A stretch of 64,000 nt of DNA from a virus: IMG/VR virus record IMGVR_UViG_3300019776_000919, positions 96,001 through 160,000 of that record; one strand, given 5' to 3'. Both the position numbers and the translations under genes were made by a program. Position 1 is the stretch's first letter, and each line of letters opens with the position of its first letter. A model generated the notes under the pieces. It ran no database searches, was not told the origin of the DNA, and saw only the letters and a program-made list of their open reading frames with translations. Shown one piece after another: positions 7,944-17,594 of the stretch.

Positions 7944-7950
7944 AAAAGTA

Positions 7951-8310
7951 TTATATCATACTTTGTTCTTCAGCAAGCAACGCACAAAACTTCAGCCACG
8001 CATAGCGTGTAGGTTGACGAGTCTTTGTAGAAGGAAACTCCTCGAAGGCAAGTGTAGTAGAAGGGTTTAGTCCTAGTTCTATAAGACCCCGGCGAATTAC
8101 TTTTCCTATTTTGTATGCCGTTTGAATATTCCCGCCCTTATCTCTAACCGTGGCATAAACTGCTTTAGTAATCGCAAGGCAGCTATATAATTCTTTATTT
8201 GTATTATGAGGTTTTATAAAAGAATTAGCAAGAAACTCATCAGCAGCACGATGGAGTATTTCTGCAATGATTTCAGAGGTGATCATTGCGTAGTCGATCT
8301 TTTTACTCAT
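7951..8310 (-). CDS. paralog family A, copy 4
   Basis: Shares (H..AD..L...SC.AI) and C-terminal F.EFP...TRQ..RYAWLKFCALL.EE with three neighbours. Confidence 0.85.
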   Translation of the reverse strand: MSKKIDYAMITSEIIAEILHRAADEFLANSFIKPHNTNKELYSCLAITKAVYATVRDKGGNIQTAYKIGKVIRRGLIELGLNPSTTLAFEEFPSTKTRQPTRYAWLKFCALLAEEQSMI

Positions 8311-8624
8311 ATCACACCTTCTTCAACAAGTAATGCACAAAACTTCAGCCAGGCATACCGAACTGATTGGCGAACTTCACCTTCGGGGAATTCATTGAAT
8401 TGATCAGTACAATTAATGTTTAACCCTAATTCTTCCAGGGTAGATTCAATTAGGAAACCTATGAAATCTTCATCCTCGTAAATTACTGATTTCTCATGTG
8501 CCAAATTAAATAAAGCATCCACAATCGCATGGCAACTGTAATCACGATAATCTAAGTATTCATCAGCAGCAAGGTGAAATACTTCTGCGAAGTTGATCAG
8601 TGTATGGTTTATTTTTTCACTCAT
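8307..8624 (-). CDS. paralog family A, copy 3
   Basis: Same motifs; ATGA overlap places the start at 8624. Confidence 0.85.
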   Translation of the reverse strand: MSEKINHTLINFAEVFHLAADEYLDYRDYSCHAIVDALFNLAHEKSVIYEDEDFIGFLIESTLEELGLNINCTDQFNEFPEGEVRQSVRYAWLKFCALLVEEGVI

Positions 8625-9016
8625 ATTGCACCTTCTTCCGCAAGCAAAGCACAAAACTTCAACCAGGCATATCGGACTGATTGACGAGTTTCACCTTCAG
8701 GGAACTCGTCAAAGGATCTGATCCCAATTACATTTAATCCGGCTTTTTTCAAAAAAGTGAAAACAGTGTCTACCGAGTACTCAAGTGGAATTTTTACTGG
8801 AACGTTAATTTTTCCGGAATTAGAGGAGTATCGTAAGTACTGTGTTGCAAGTGAAACAGCATCACACGAAAAACCATATTGACGAACAGAGTCTTTTTCA
8901 GAGGGAATATTTGTATGGCTAGTATTAGATAAGCAATGGTCCGCCGCAAAATGGAAAATACTAGCCAGTATTTGATTTTCAAAAGCTTTAATTTCTTCTT
9001 TAGTTTTTTTACTCAT
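8621..9016 (-). CDS. paralog family A, copy 2
   Basis: Same motifs; ATGA coupling. Confidence 0.85.
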   Translation of the reverse strand: MSKKTKEEIKAFENQILASIFHFAADHCLSNTSHTNIPSEKDSVRQYGFSCDAVSLATQYLRYSSNSGKINVPVKIPLEYSVDTVFTFLKKAGLNVIGIRSFDEFPEGETRQSVRYAWLKFCALLAEEGAI

Positions 9017-9345
9017 ATTGCACCCTCTTCAAGAAGTAATGCGCAAAATTTCAACCAAGTGTACCGGACTGATTGACGCGTTTCACCTTCAGGGAATTCA
9101 TCGAAGTTGGAAATATTTGAAATATCCACCCCCAATTCTTTGTATTTACCAAAGAAATCCTTAATTTGTTTAGGGATAGGGTAGACGGGGGAGTTTCGAT
9201 TAGATAATGTCAAAAAAGCTTGCCAAATTGCAAAACAAGTACTTAAATAATTATCCCCGATATCCCTATTGACAATTAAATACCTGTCAGCAGCAAGATG
9301 CAAAACTTCTGACATAGATACTTCTTTTGGTTTAACGTATGTCAT
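9013..9345 (-). CDS. paralog family A, copy 1
   Basis: Same motifs; start MTYVK (9345) chosen to match paralog length. Confidence 0.8.
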   Translation of the reverse strand: MTYVKPKEVSMSEVLHLAADRYLIVNRDIGDNYLSTCFAIWQAFLTLSNRNSPVYPIPKQIKDFFGKYKELGVDISNISNFDEFPEGETRQSVRYTWLKFCALLLEEGAI

Positions 9346-9405
9346 ATTTAATCTTATTGAAAAAGGAAAGCCGAGGACTAGTCGGCTTTGCTTCTTCAAC
9401 AAAAC

Positions 9406-9822
9406 TTACATACTCCGTTGCAAGTGTTGATTGAAAACTTGACGAGGTACGGGCGGGAAGGGTTGATTTGGATAGAGAAGGTTTTGAATCTGCTCTTCCG
9501 TCAATTCCACCGTTTTGTCTTGACGAATGACGTTTTCATACCGATAAGGTATTTTGCTCAGGTCAACCTCCTGCAATCCGGTTGCAAAAAGAGCTGCATA
9601 TCCGGGGTCACTACGCAAGTGATGATTACCCAGGCGATATGCAACGCCGGATTGAGTGATCACGCAGTCACCGGCTTTACCAATGACATTGGAAGTCGTG
9701 ACGTTATCACCGTCTTGGAAAATCGGATGATTGGAAACAACGCCGCCCAGGTAAGTGAGCCCGTTTTTGTCAGTTTCCAGTCTCCAATAACGCAGAATCA
9801 CAGGGTTTTTCAAACGTTTCAT
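9406..9822 (-). CDS. hypothetical protein
   Basis: 138-aa ORF with AAGGT SD. Confidence 0.7.
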   Translation of the reverse strand: MKRLKNPVILRYWRLETDKNGLTYLGGVVSNHPIFQDGDNVTTSNVIGKAGDCVITQSGVAYRLGNHHLRSDPGYAALFATGLQEVDLSKIPYRYENVIRQDKTVELTEEQIQNLLYPNQPFPPVPRQVFNQHLQRSM

Positions 9823-9974
9823 GGATACCTTTCAAGTAGGTCAGGAGTTGACCAAAAGTTGATTAAAGATTGTCCAAAAACTTCTTGAACTCCAGGGAAA
9901 ATTGTCCAGTAAAACGATCAGAGACAGGGGCAGGGAGTTTTTTCTCCTGAGCCCGAAATTCTTCCTGCTGAACC

Positions 9975-10925
9975 TTATTCCAACCAAAGGGATTGGGGAT
10001 CTCCGATGTGTGGTGGAATTGGCTGATCTGGTTCGGGGTCGTTTCCACCGTCTGTTGAAGTGATCTCATTTATAGGTATGAACAGGAAAGGGTTGAAATC
10101 CAAAACACCTTCTTTAGGATACCCTTTTGCATTGGATATCAAAGTCAAATGTTCTATTTGTGATGTTTGGCAGAAATGAGAGTGGCCGTAGATCCACAAG
10201 TCTGCGTATGGGAATAGAACATCTGCGTTGGCGTAGAAGATGTTATCTTTAATACTTCGAAGAATATATGGGTGGAGCAAACTGGCCGAAGGGACGTAAT
10301 GAGTAACCACTACGGTTGAGTTACTGGGGCTATGGATATTTGCCTGTCGAATAGAAGACTGAAGGGCTCCAATTTCTCGTTTACAAAACGAGTTCATATC
10401 CTCAGGGGTAAATGGGATGTTCCCATTCTTAGATTCGTTTTCCGACAAGAAAATCCTACAGAAATCCGGGGCACCCTTTAACTGAAAGGATTCCAAAGGG
10501 TGTTCAGCTCCAACCGCCCAGAGAGTTGACCCAAACAAGTTCACAGTTCGATTTTTGGATTTGAACTGTAATTGAACAGGGTTCTCCAACGTTGCTACAA
10601 AAACTTTACCTGGGTAAATTTGCTCCAGGGATTTGAATTTTTGAGAAGCGGTGTTGAAGTAACTACCCCAATAATCGTGATTCCCAGGCACAAGAATGAT
10701 CAAAGGAAATCTTTGAGCAAGAACAGAAATGACCTGGTCTATGATATACGCGTTGCAAATATCCCCCGCCAAAATCAAAGCTGAATGTTGGTCTTGGTCA
10801 TGTGAAGGAATAATGGCGTTGAGCGTTTTTTCAAACTTATCAATTGGATAAGAACTTTGCAGATAAGATTCTAAATGCAAGTCCGACATTGGTCGAAGGT
10901 AATCAATGTTTTCGATTTTAAACAT
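9975..10925 (-). CDS. calcineurin-like metallophosphoesterase
   Basis: SDLH, AGD, GNHD, THY and GHSH motifs. Confidence 0.9.
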   Translation of the reverse strand: MFKIENIDYLRPMSDLHLESYLQSSYPIDKFEKTLNAIIPSHDQDQHSALILAGDICNAYIIDQVISVLAQRFPLIILVPGNHDYWGSYFNTASQKFKSLEQIYPGKVFVATLENPVQLQFKSKNRTVNLFGSTLWAVGAEHPLESFQLKGAPDFCRIFLSENESKNGNIPFTPEDMNSFCKREIGALQSSIRQANIHSPSNSTVVVTHYVPSASLLHPYILRSIKDNIFYANADVLFPYADLWIYGHSHFCQTSQIEHLTLISNAKGYPKEGVLDFNPFLFIPINEITSTDGGNDPEPDQPIPPHIGDPQSLWLE

Positions 10926-11023
10926 AACTGTAATTCTCGTTTTAATTCTAATGTTATTGTTTAAAGAATAAAGTTAGTCTTGACTTTTAGGCAAGGGGAT
11001 TAACCCCTCGCCAATTTCAAGAA

Positions 11024-11479
11024 TTAACCTTGATTCTTCTTACCCTTAAGGGTAATTTTCTTGCGTCCGGATTTTCCGGTCTTGCCACGAGCCTCCTCGT
11101 CATCAAGCACGGGTTGAGTCGAGTCAACCGTCAGCTTCAAGGGGGCGTCGGACTTCGCCGTGGTTTCTTCAGCAGTATTGGCGGACTTCTCAGACTTACC
11201 CGCTTTTTCAGCTTTCAGTGACTTTTCCAGCTTGTTCTTGGAATTGTCGATGAATGATATTATCGGCAACAGAACGTTGTCGAAGTTGTGGTCCTCGGGA
11301 CGGACTCCCAAGCGATGCTTGAGTTGGTCTACTCCAAGGTCCTTGACTGATAGGAGCTTCGCAATCTGAGCTTTGCGAGTCTCCGGCGTACCCCGGTTAA
11401 CGCCATTGAACCGATCCAGGAAGTTCTTCACATTCCGGGCTGATGCTGAGGCGTAACGTGCTTGGGATTGTACGGTCAT
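11024..11479 (-). CDS. hypothetical protein with basic C-terminal tail
   Basis: GAGGA SD before MTVQ; Lys-rich tail; hairpin follows the stop. Confidence 0.75.
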   Translation of the reverse strand: MTVQSQARYASASARNVKNFLDRFNGVNRGTPETRKAQIAKLLSVKDLGVDQLKHRLGVRPEDHNFDNVLLPIISFIDNSKNKLEKSLKAEKAGKSEKSANTAEETTAKSDAPLKLTVDSTQPVLDDEEARGKTGKSGRKKITLKGKKNQG

Positions 11480-11847
11480 GGATTCCTCTTCATTGTATAA
11501 GTAATACTTCAAAGAAACATACTGCTAGTTCTAGTTATTGTTTTATTGACGAGTCAGTTTGAGCTACCTAAAACAGTTACGACCCACAACGGGGCCGAAG
11601 CGGAAGAAAAGTTTCTCAAACGTAATTGGGTGTGTTAAAAGCGATTTCGCTCTTGATGTGCTACGACTGACATGAAATCCCCTCTCTTACTTCAAAGTCA
11701 GGCCCTCTAAGTAGCCAATGCTTACTGGATTTATACAACAATACAGCAGTCCAGTAAGTCTCCTCTTTTCAAGGCAAAATAAGGCCACGGGAGATTTTCC
11801 TCTATGACCTAAAGCAATGTTTTTGGCATTACTTCTTTCGCACTATT

Positions 11848-11877
11848 CTTATACCAAATTACAATTGCGTTATTGAA
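11848..11877 (-). promoter_or_regulatory. conserved promoter
   Basis: Exact TTCAAT-N15-TGGTATAAG. Confidence 0.8.
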
Positions 11878-13684
11878 TTTGTTCAGATTCGTTAATTTCT
11901 GACAATATGCTATTAGCTACGTCAATTAACATTTCTTTTCTGATATTCATCTTTTCAGATAAGGCTTTCCGAATCTTATCTTCTAAAGGGTTATTTGCAA
12001 AGATTCTGTAATAAGCACAGTCATGAGTTTGACCTAATCTATGGACTCGATCTTCTTGCTGCGATTGAATCTCTAAGCTAAAGTTCAAGCTATAGAAAAT
12101 TTCAGTGTGCACTGATGGGTCTAAGTCCGGTGGGTAGTATAAACCCTCGTCTTCTAAGTCCTTAGTTTTAGACCCTAGCACTGTAACGCCATAGTTTACA
12201 GATTTAGCTTGGCATACTAAGTAGGGTATGTTTGGGGATTTATTAAACTTACGTACCTTCTCTCCAATTTCATTATCCCCGCCTTGAATGGATAAGAAAG
12301 AAATATCGAGGTCGGAAAGAAGTTTAGAGATCAACTCAAATTCAGCTGAAAGATTAAACCAAATAATAGCACGTTTGGTTGGAATGGTTTCCGTTATGAG
12401 TTTTCTAAGGGCTCCTATCTTAGGTTGATCCTCAAAGAACAAGGTTTCTCTAGGATTTTTATTCTTTGACGTGGATTTTTTACCCTTAGAGGCAGAAGGC
12501 TTACTGTCGGAATTATCCGAGGCTATGTCATATAAATGTAGTAAGTCATCATCTTCTTTTTCCGAGTAATAGAGAAACCCTTGAGAAATTTGATATAGCT
12601 TACTTAACATGACAAGCGGATTGTCTACGTTGAAATCCCTACCTTGAAAGGAAAGATAATAATTCCTAGCCAGTTGATAGTAAGCGTCCTTCTGAGAGGG
12701 GCTCATCTGAACAAACACGTCGTGAAATGTTTTATTAGGAAGTTTTAACCACTTTTCTTTAGTCATGACTATGCAACAACTCTCTAAAATAGTACGCATT
12801 TCTACGACATTTCTTGCTGCAACAGGTCTCTTAACTACTTTACCGTCAGATTGTTTAGTGTCAACCATGACTGAGTATTTAATCATGAAATTGGTATAGT
12901 TAGAACCAACTAGTGAGGGCTGTAAATATCTAACTGGAGAGTAAAGATCTAAAGGGGAATTATTGATTAAAGTACCTGAGCCTCCGCAACGATAAGGTAT
13001 CCCTTTAGATATTTCTATAACTGATTGAGTTCTACTGGTAGTAGGATCTTTAATCAGGAATTCATCTAAGTGAATGAAATCAATTTTCGTTTCTTTGATT
13101 CTATGCTTAAGGATTACTACCTTAGAGTAATTAATGATAATTACAGAGTTAGGGGGCAGAGCTTTAATAGCTTTTAATTCTTCGTCCCAGTCAGTGCTTT
13201 TGACCGTATGAAAATTAAGTTCTGGTCTATGTTTAGCAATCTCATCTTCCCATACAAACAGTAGAGGTTTTGGACAAACCACCATGCTTAAAGGGAAATC
13301 CATCAATTTAATGTAATCAAGAATAACCTTAGATTTACCCATGCCTGGGTCAAGTAAAATGCCACCGCCACCGACAGTATATGCAAATCTAAGTGCTATT
13401 TCTTGAAAATCTTTAGGGGTAGTATGAAAGGAAAAAGATGGAGGTAAAGGTTTAAGTTTAAAAGGAGAGTTTAACCATTCTTGAACATCTAATGAAATGG
13501 ATAATTTTTTAGCGTGACTGGCAAGCCTATTTACCAAGTTAAAAGATATTGGTAGGATTGCTGGACAACCATCTTGCATCCCTACTTTCATAAGGCCAGG
13601 AAAAGTCCTTAATGCTATTCTATCTTGATCTGTTTGAGGGGTAAAAATTACGTAAGACTTAGAACTATTAAAAGAAACTAGCAT
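11870..13684 (-). CDS. SNF2-family (SF2) helicase/ATPase
   Basis: DPGMGKS (motif I), LDE (II), SGT (III), QQEDRVHRLGQ (VI). Confidence 0.88.
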   Translation of the reverse strand: MLVSFNSSKSYVIFTPQTDQDRIALRTFPGLMKVGMQDGCPAILPISFNLVNRLASHAKKLSISLDVQEWLNSPFKLKPLPPSFSFHTTPKDFQEIALRFAYTVGGGGILLDPGMGKSKVILDYIKLMDFPLSMVVCPKPLLFVWEDEIAKHRPELNFHTVKSTDWDEELKAIKALPPNSVIIINYSKVVILKHRIKETKIDFIHLDEFLIKDPTTSRTQSVIEISKGIPYRCGGSGTLINNSPLDLYSPVRYLQPSLVGSNYTNFMIKYSVMVDTKQSDGKVVKRPVAARNVVEMRTILESCCIVMTKEKWLKLPNKTFHDVFVQMSPSQKDAYYQLARNYYLSFQGRDFNVDNPLVMLSKLYQISQGFLYYSEKEDDDLLHLYDIASDNSDSKPSASKGKKSTSKNKNPRETLFFEDQPKIGALRKLITETIPTKRAIIWFNLSAEFELISKLLSDLDISFLSIQGGDNEIGEKVRKFNKSPNIPYLVCQAKSVNYGVTVLGSKTKDLEDEGLYYPPDLDPSVHTEIFYSLNFSLEIQSQQEDRVHRLGQTHDCAYYRIFANNPLEDKIRKALSEKMNIRKEMLIDVANSILSEINESEQIQ

Positions 13685-13693
13685 TAATGCAAA

Positions 13694-13990
13694 TTATGTA
13701 GGGTTACTGAACAAACTTTGCTTTTTAGATTTTTGTTCTAATAAGAAAGCGTCTAAGTCAAAACCTATTTGTGAACATACCATTCGTACCGGTTCAGATT
13801 TCAACTCCATTCTTTTAAAGGATTCTAGCATTCTTCTAACAGAGTCGATGTTTTGAGAATCTACTTTCCAAACCGTATGAATGAAATGAGAGTTTCTACT
13901 GAAAAAACCAGGGTCCTCAGTGTCGATAAACTCCGCAGACCTAACGTTTAATTGAAAGTCATTATCTAGGTAAATATAGTAGTTAATCAA
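13694..13990 (-). CDS. hypothetical protein
   Basis: 98-aa ORF in a tightly packed operon. Confidence 0.65.
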   Translation of the reverse strand: MINYYIYLDNDFQLNVRSAEFIDTEDPGFFSRNSHFIHTVWKVDSQNIDSVRRMLESFKRMELKSEPVRMVCSQIGFDLDAFLLEQKSKKQSLFSNPT

Positions 13991-13994
13991 GATA

Positions 13995-14480
13995 TCATCC
14001 TATATTGTTTACAATCCCTACGCCGTGGTCAACTATCATCGTTGATGACATTGATGATGGTACTACTGATTTAAGTTTTTGAGCTTGGCGAATTGAATTA
14101 CAAGGAATGTATATAACGTCTTGTTGGAAAACAGAAGGATCTATATTAGGTAAACGTTCAATAATTCGTTTGAGCTGAGATAAATCATAATTGTAGATTA
14201 CAAATACGACCCCTTTACCGTATTCTGCTACTGCTACTTGCAGAATAAGAGATTCTAATGTACGACCACAAACCCCATTTCTTTTAGATTTAAGAACTTC
14301 TAATAAGGCATCTTTTTTACCTAATTCCGCCCAATAATCAGCGAGGCTGGAAGTTCGAATGTTATAAGTAACACTGAAGTAACAAGGTTCTTTTTCAGAG
14401 TAGGGTTTGAATAAATTAAAAAGCCATTGCACAGGGGAGAAGATTAATACATCTCCAGATTTCTTCATATGTAATTTCAT
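13995..14480 (-). CDS. hypothetical protein
   Basis: 161-aa ORF in the operon. Confidence 0.7.
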   Translation of the reverse strand: MKLHMKKSGDVLIFSPVQWLFNLFKPYSEKEPCYFSVTYNIRTSSLADYWAELGKKDALLEVLKSKRNGVCGRTLESLILQVAVAEYGKGVVFVIYNYDLSQLKRIIERLPNIDPSVFQQDVIYIPCNSIRQAQKLKSVVPSSMSSTMIVDHGVGIVNNIG

Positions 14481-14507
14481 GGCTATATTACAAATCTAAG
14501 TTAAAAA

Positions 14508-14852
14508 TTAAAGTTCAATTATCCGTTTAGATGTACGATAAACATCCCGTAATACCGATAATACTCTAGGTGCAGTATCAATGTTTATGTTTGGAACCAA
14601 CTCTAGTAATTCATTAGTAGCTCTAATCATTCTTTTACCTAGAACCTTTCTACCGTCGTCTAAGTCTTTATCTTTCGATTCTTGTATTGCAAGATCTGCT
14701 TGAGCAACCATTTTCTCTATTTGAGAAACAAAGTTGTTCTGGATAAAGTGGGTATGAACGTAGATCAATTCCCCTGTAGGTACGTAATCAGAAGTACCTT
14801 CTAAATATCCATGGATCAAAGGGTTTGATAGAGTAAAGTCAGTAATAGCCAT
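14508..14852 (-). CDS. hypothetical protein
   Basis: 114-aa ORF. Confidence 0.7.
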   Translation of the reverse strand: MAITDFTLSNPLIHGYLEGTSDYVPTGELIYVHTHFIQNNFVSQIEKMVAQADLAIQESKDKDLDDGRKVLGKRMIRATNELLELVPNINIDTAPRVLSVLRDVYRTSKRIIEL

Positions 14853-14910
14853 TGAGGTATTATACTACTATTTACCAAAATAGCTATTACTAATTTAAAT
14901 CATTGAAGAT

Positions 14911-15186
14911 TTAGTTTTTTCTATAAGTATGGCTTTGAATCGATTCTTGCTGAGTACAGTTTTTACCGCATGATTGAGTAGACAACGTTTCTGATGTGCC
15001 AGTATTGCACTTAGTATAGTAGTGAAAGTGTCCACTATCTGTGAACCGATAAACAGTGCAGCCTTCATGAGTAAACAAAGTATCTACAAGTACTTCTGGG
15101 TTATTGGTTCCGGTTCTATTAACAGGGGTTTTCTCGCAGCCGGTGAGGAGCAAAGCGACGGCAATTAATGATAAAAGAACATTCAT
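14911..15186 (-). CDS. small lipoprotein (DUF4884-like)
   Basis: Signal peptide with lipobox LLTG-C; LFTHEGCTVYRF.D.G..YY..C pattern. Confidence 0.75.
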   Translation of the reverse strand: MNVLLSLIAVALLLTGCEKTPVNRTGTNNPEVLVDTLFTHEGCTVYRFTDSGHFHYYTKCNTGTSETLSTQSCGKNCTQQESIQSHTYRKN

Positions 15187-15251
15187 AATATAAAGTTGAG
15201 GTCTAATTAACTAAAGAAGACGGTTAAGTCTTCTGGGGGGGATTGGGTTTA

Positions 15252-15572
15252 TTACCAACCAGCGGGCAATGGGTAACCCGCTTTTTTTGCTGCGTTGCGG
15301 GCCTTTTGAAGAGCCGCATCTTTCAAGGGGGAACCTTGAGGATAGTTGCGAGTCATCATCAACTCCCAAATCGCCGTCATCAGTTCGTCAGAAGCAGAGA
15401 ACAGCTTGGCAGTTGCGTGCAACTGGTCAAGGTTTTCAAACACTCGGCTGGGAGTTTCCACCTTGCACTTGAACTTGGGGCAGGGGCGGTCAAAACCGTC
15501 CTTACCCATTGCGTAAACAGTGACCCCAGAAACCTCGAAAGGTTCCTGAACATGTTTCTTTTTAAGATTCAT
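15252..15572 (-). CDS. hypothetical protein
   Basis: 106 aa, GC-richer codons. Confidence 0.7.
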   Translation of the reverse strand: MNLKKKHVQEPFEVSGVTVYAMGKDGFDRPCPKFKCKVETPSRVFENLDQLHATAKLFSASDELMTAIWELMMTRNYPQGSPLKDAALQKARNAAKKAGYPLPAGW

Positions 15573-15594
15573 GAGTAGACTTCCGGGTTAAGGA

Positions 15595-15948
15595 TTAGGG
15601 CTTACTGTAAGTGTCGTGTTGCAAACCCTTGTATGCGCCGATGGCCATGATGCAGCCAGCGATGACTGCAAAGCCTGCAGTCACGTAGCTTTGTATCTCT
15701 GCAGCACGTTCACGTTTGCGGGTCTGATCCATCAAGGTCAGGGTGCGGTCAAAGATGAGGTCTTCACCTTTTTCAGGAACGGAGAGGTCAATCTCCAAGA
15801 GACCAGCTTTGATGTTGACGCGCTCACGCCGTACGGGTGCTCGGCGGTCAGGTTGAACTTGACCACTGGCATCAGTGAAAGTCTTGGGTTTCATGTCTTT
15901 CCTCACGTTGTATGTTACGGGAGAAGGGGGTTTCGCAAAAGGAATCAT
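15595..15948 (-). CDS. C-terminally anchored membrane protein
   Basis: 117 aa, AAGGTG SD, hydrophobic helix near the C-terminus. Confidence 0.7.
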   Translation of the reverse strand: MIPFAKPPSPVTYNVRKDMKPKTFTDASGQVQPDRRAPVRRERVNIKAGLLEIDLSVPEKGEDLIFDRTLTLMDQTRKRERAAEIQSYVTAGFAVIAGCIMAIGAYKGLQHDTYSKP

Positions 15949-16012
15949 GAATCACCTTAAAAAAAACCTGAGCAACCGGGTAGGCGCTCAGGTTCTTTCA
16001 GGCCGGGGAGGT

Positions 16013-16342
16013 TCAGGCGGTCAGCGGGTCACCGGCGACTTCAGCAGCCGCTTGGTTCATGGCTTCGGTCAGCTTGCGCTGGCCAACCTTGTTGCCCGCG
16101 TAGTAACCCAGCCCGCCAGCAATGGCAGCAATGCCGACGCCCGTGGCTGCGGCAAAGTAGCCCTTCTGCCACCAGCGCTTTTCAAGGGAGGCGGCCGGGA
16201 CCACGCTCTGATGGCCTTGGCTGTCCACCATCAGGATCTCGCCGGGGCCGGGCAGGCTGGCGGTGTTGGCACGGGTCTCGTTGGCCTCAGCGGTGTTGGT
16301 GGTGGCTTCGGCGTTGGCGGTGTTGGCGTTCTTGTTCGACAT
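16013..16342 (-). CDS. small membrane protein with Asn/Thr/Ala-rich N-terminus
   Basis: AGGAG SD; Gly/Ala-rich TM helix. Confidence 0.8.
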   Translation of the reverse strand: MSNKNANTANAEATTNTAEANETRANTASLPGPGEILMVDSQGHQSVVPAASLEKRWWQKGYFAAATGVGIAAIAGGLGYYAGNKVGQRKLTEAMNQAAAEVAGDPLTA

Positions 16343-16416
16343 GAGATTTCTCCTAGAAGAGGTTGGGGTTGGCCCGAGTTACGGGCCGAGGTGCTGGATG
16401 GGTTGAAAAGCCTGGA

Positions 16417-16680
16417 TTACAGGCTGGCGGCGTTGTTGTTGACCGTGTCCTGGCCGAGGTAGTCTTGGCCGAAAGCCTTGTGGGCCGCAGCACGACCGGC
16501 AGCGGCACCGAAACATGCCAAGAACACAATGCCGACATAGCCGAGTGCGGCCATGGCAAAGACCTTGGTGGCGCTGGGCTCCTTGGCGCCTTCCTGCTTG
16601 ATGAAGATGATGCGTTCGGTGCGGGTGTTGCCAACGTCAGTTTCGTTGTTGGCAGTGTTGGTGTTGGTTTCGTTCGACAT
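16417..16680 (-). CDS. small membrane protein with Asn/Thr-rich N-terminus
   Basis: GGAG SD; single TM helix; first gene after the promoter at 16740. Confidence 0.78.
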   Translation of the reverse strand: MSNETNTNTANNETDVGNTRTERIIFIKQEGAKEPSATKVFAMAALGYVGIVFLACFGAAAGRAAAHKAFGQDYLGQDTVNNNAASL

Positions 16681-16739
16681 GAGGTTCTCCGAGAAGTGGT
16701 GGGTTTGTTGCGAGGAAAGCTATTTTTCTCCGCACTATA

Positions 16740-16769
16740 CTTATACCATCTTGTAATTTGAATATTGAA
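16740..16769 (-). promoter_or_regulatory. conserved promoter
   Basis: Exact TTCAAT-N15-TGGTATAAG. Confidence 0.8.
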
Positions 16770-16861
16770 AAATTTGAGCTGTTTTTACATAAAAAGATCG
16801 AAAAAAGACTGAAAATAACTAAAAATACCCGTTTTACGAGTATTTAGGACCGTTGAACGGG

Positions 16862-17341
16862 TTAGTTCAACAGTTTTTGTTCTTGCGGCTCATCTTCGCT
16901 AGCGAGGGCTATACCCACGATAGTTGAGAAGAGTAACAAGGTTGCCATCCCGATGGTAGGTAGGATGCCATCCAAAAAGCTAGATGATTGCTTTTCGGTT
17001 TTTTCAGGAGTACCGATAAGAACAAACTTATCAGCTAACAATTCCTTGCGGCTGAAAGAAAGCACGGGTGCGGAAGAAGATTTCAGCAAGGATTGAAACC
17101 GTTCTTCAGAATCGTACTTTCGATCAGAGATACCGATCTGCACGGGACAGTCGTTATCAGTGACGTGGATGTTGCGGGTATTGTCCGGATTAACCGAAGC
17201 AATTACTGCTGCCAAATCATGAGTAAAGATACTCGCAGACTTGGTGTCAGGGAATCGAACAATCAGATCCCCTGTTTGCGTGTCATCAGGGACAATAAAT
17301 ACTATCCCCATGTCTATGTCATCAGAAAACTCCTCTTTCAT
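16862..17341 (-). CDS. hypothetical protein with C-terminal TM helix
   Basis: 159 aa, AAGGGG SD. Confidence 0.72.
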   Translation of the reverse strand: MKEEFSDDIDMGIVFIVPDDTQTGDLIVRFPDTKSASIFTHDLAAVIASVNPDNTRNIHVTDNDCPVQIGISDRKYDSEERFQSLLKSSSAPVLSFSRKELLADKFVLIGTPEKTEKQSSSFLDGILPTIGMATLLLFSTIVGIALASEDEPQEQKLLN

Positions 17342-17386
17342 AGTACCCCTTGCTAAGAATGAAACGTACGATCTCCCTACTTAGTT

Positions 17387-17416
17387 CTTATACCACTTTC
17401 CGTATCGAAAATTGGA
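17387..17416 (-). promoter_or_regulatory. conserved promoter (TCCAAT variant)
   Basis: TCCAAT-N15-TGGTATAAG. Confidence 0.75.
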
Positions 17417-17594
17417 ATATCGATTTAAACGACTTTAAAGCGATTTTTTTAACGTAAGGTAGGCATGGGTATAGGGTTGCTATTGAAAATTCAACCAAGG
17501 GTCGATTAAGGGCCCTGCTGAAGGTTTCTAGGATAAATTCCTATGTGAGTTATTTCAGATCGAATTAAAGCGAGGTTCCAATCGTTGAAAAAGG

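Noticed and set aside
15875-16761. Plus-strand ORFs 15875-16462 and 16363-16761
   Set aside because: Shadows of GC-rich minus-strand genes that have SD sites and a promoter
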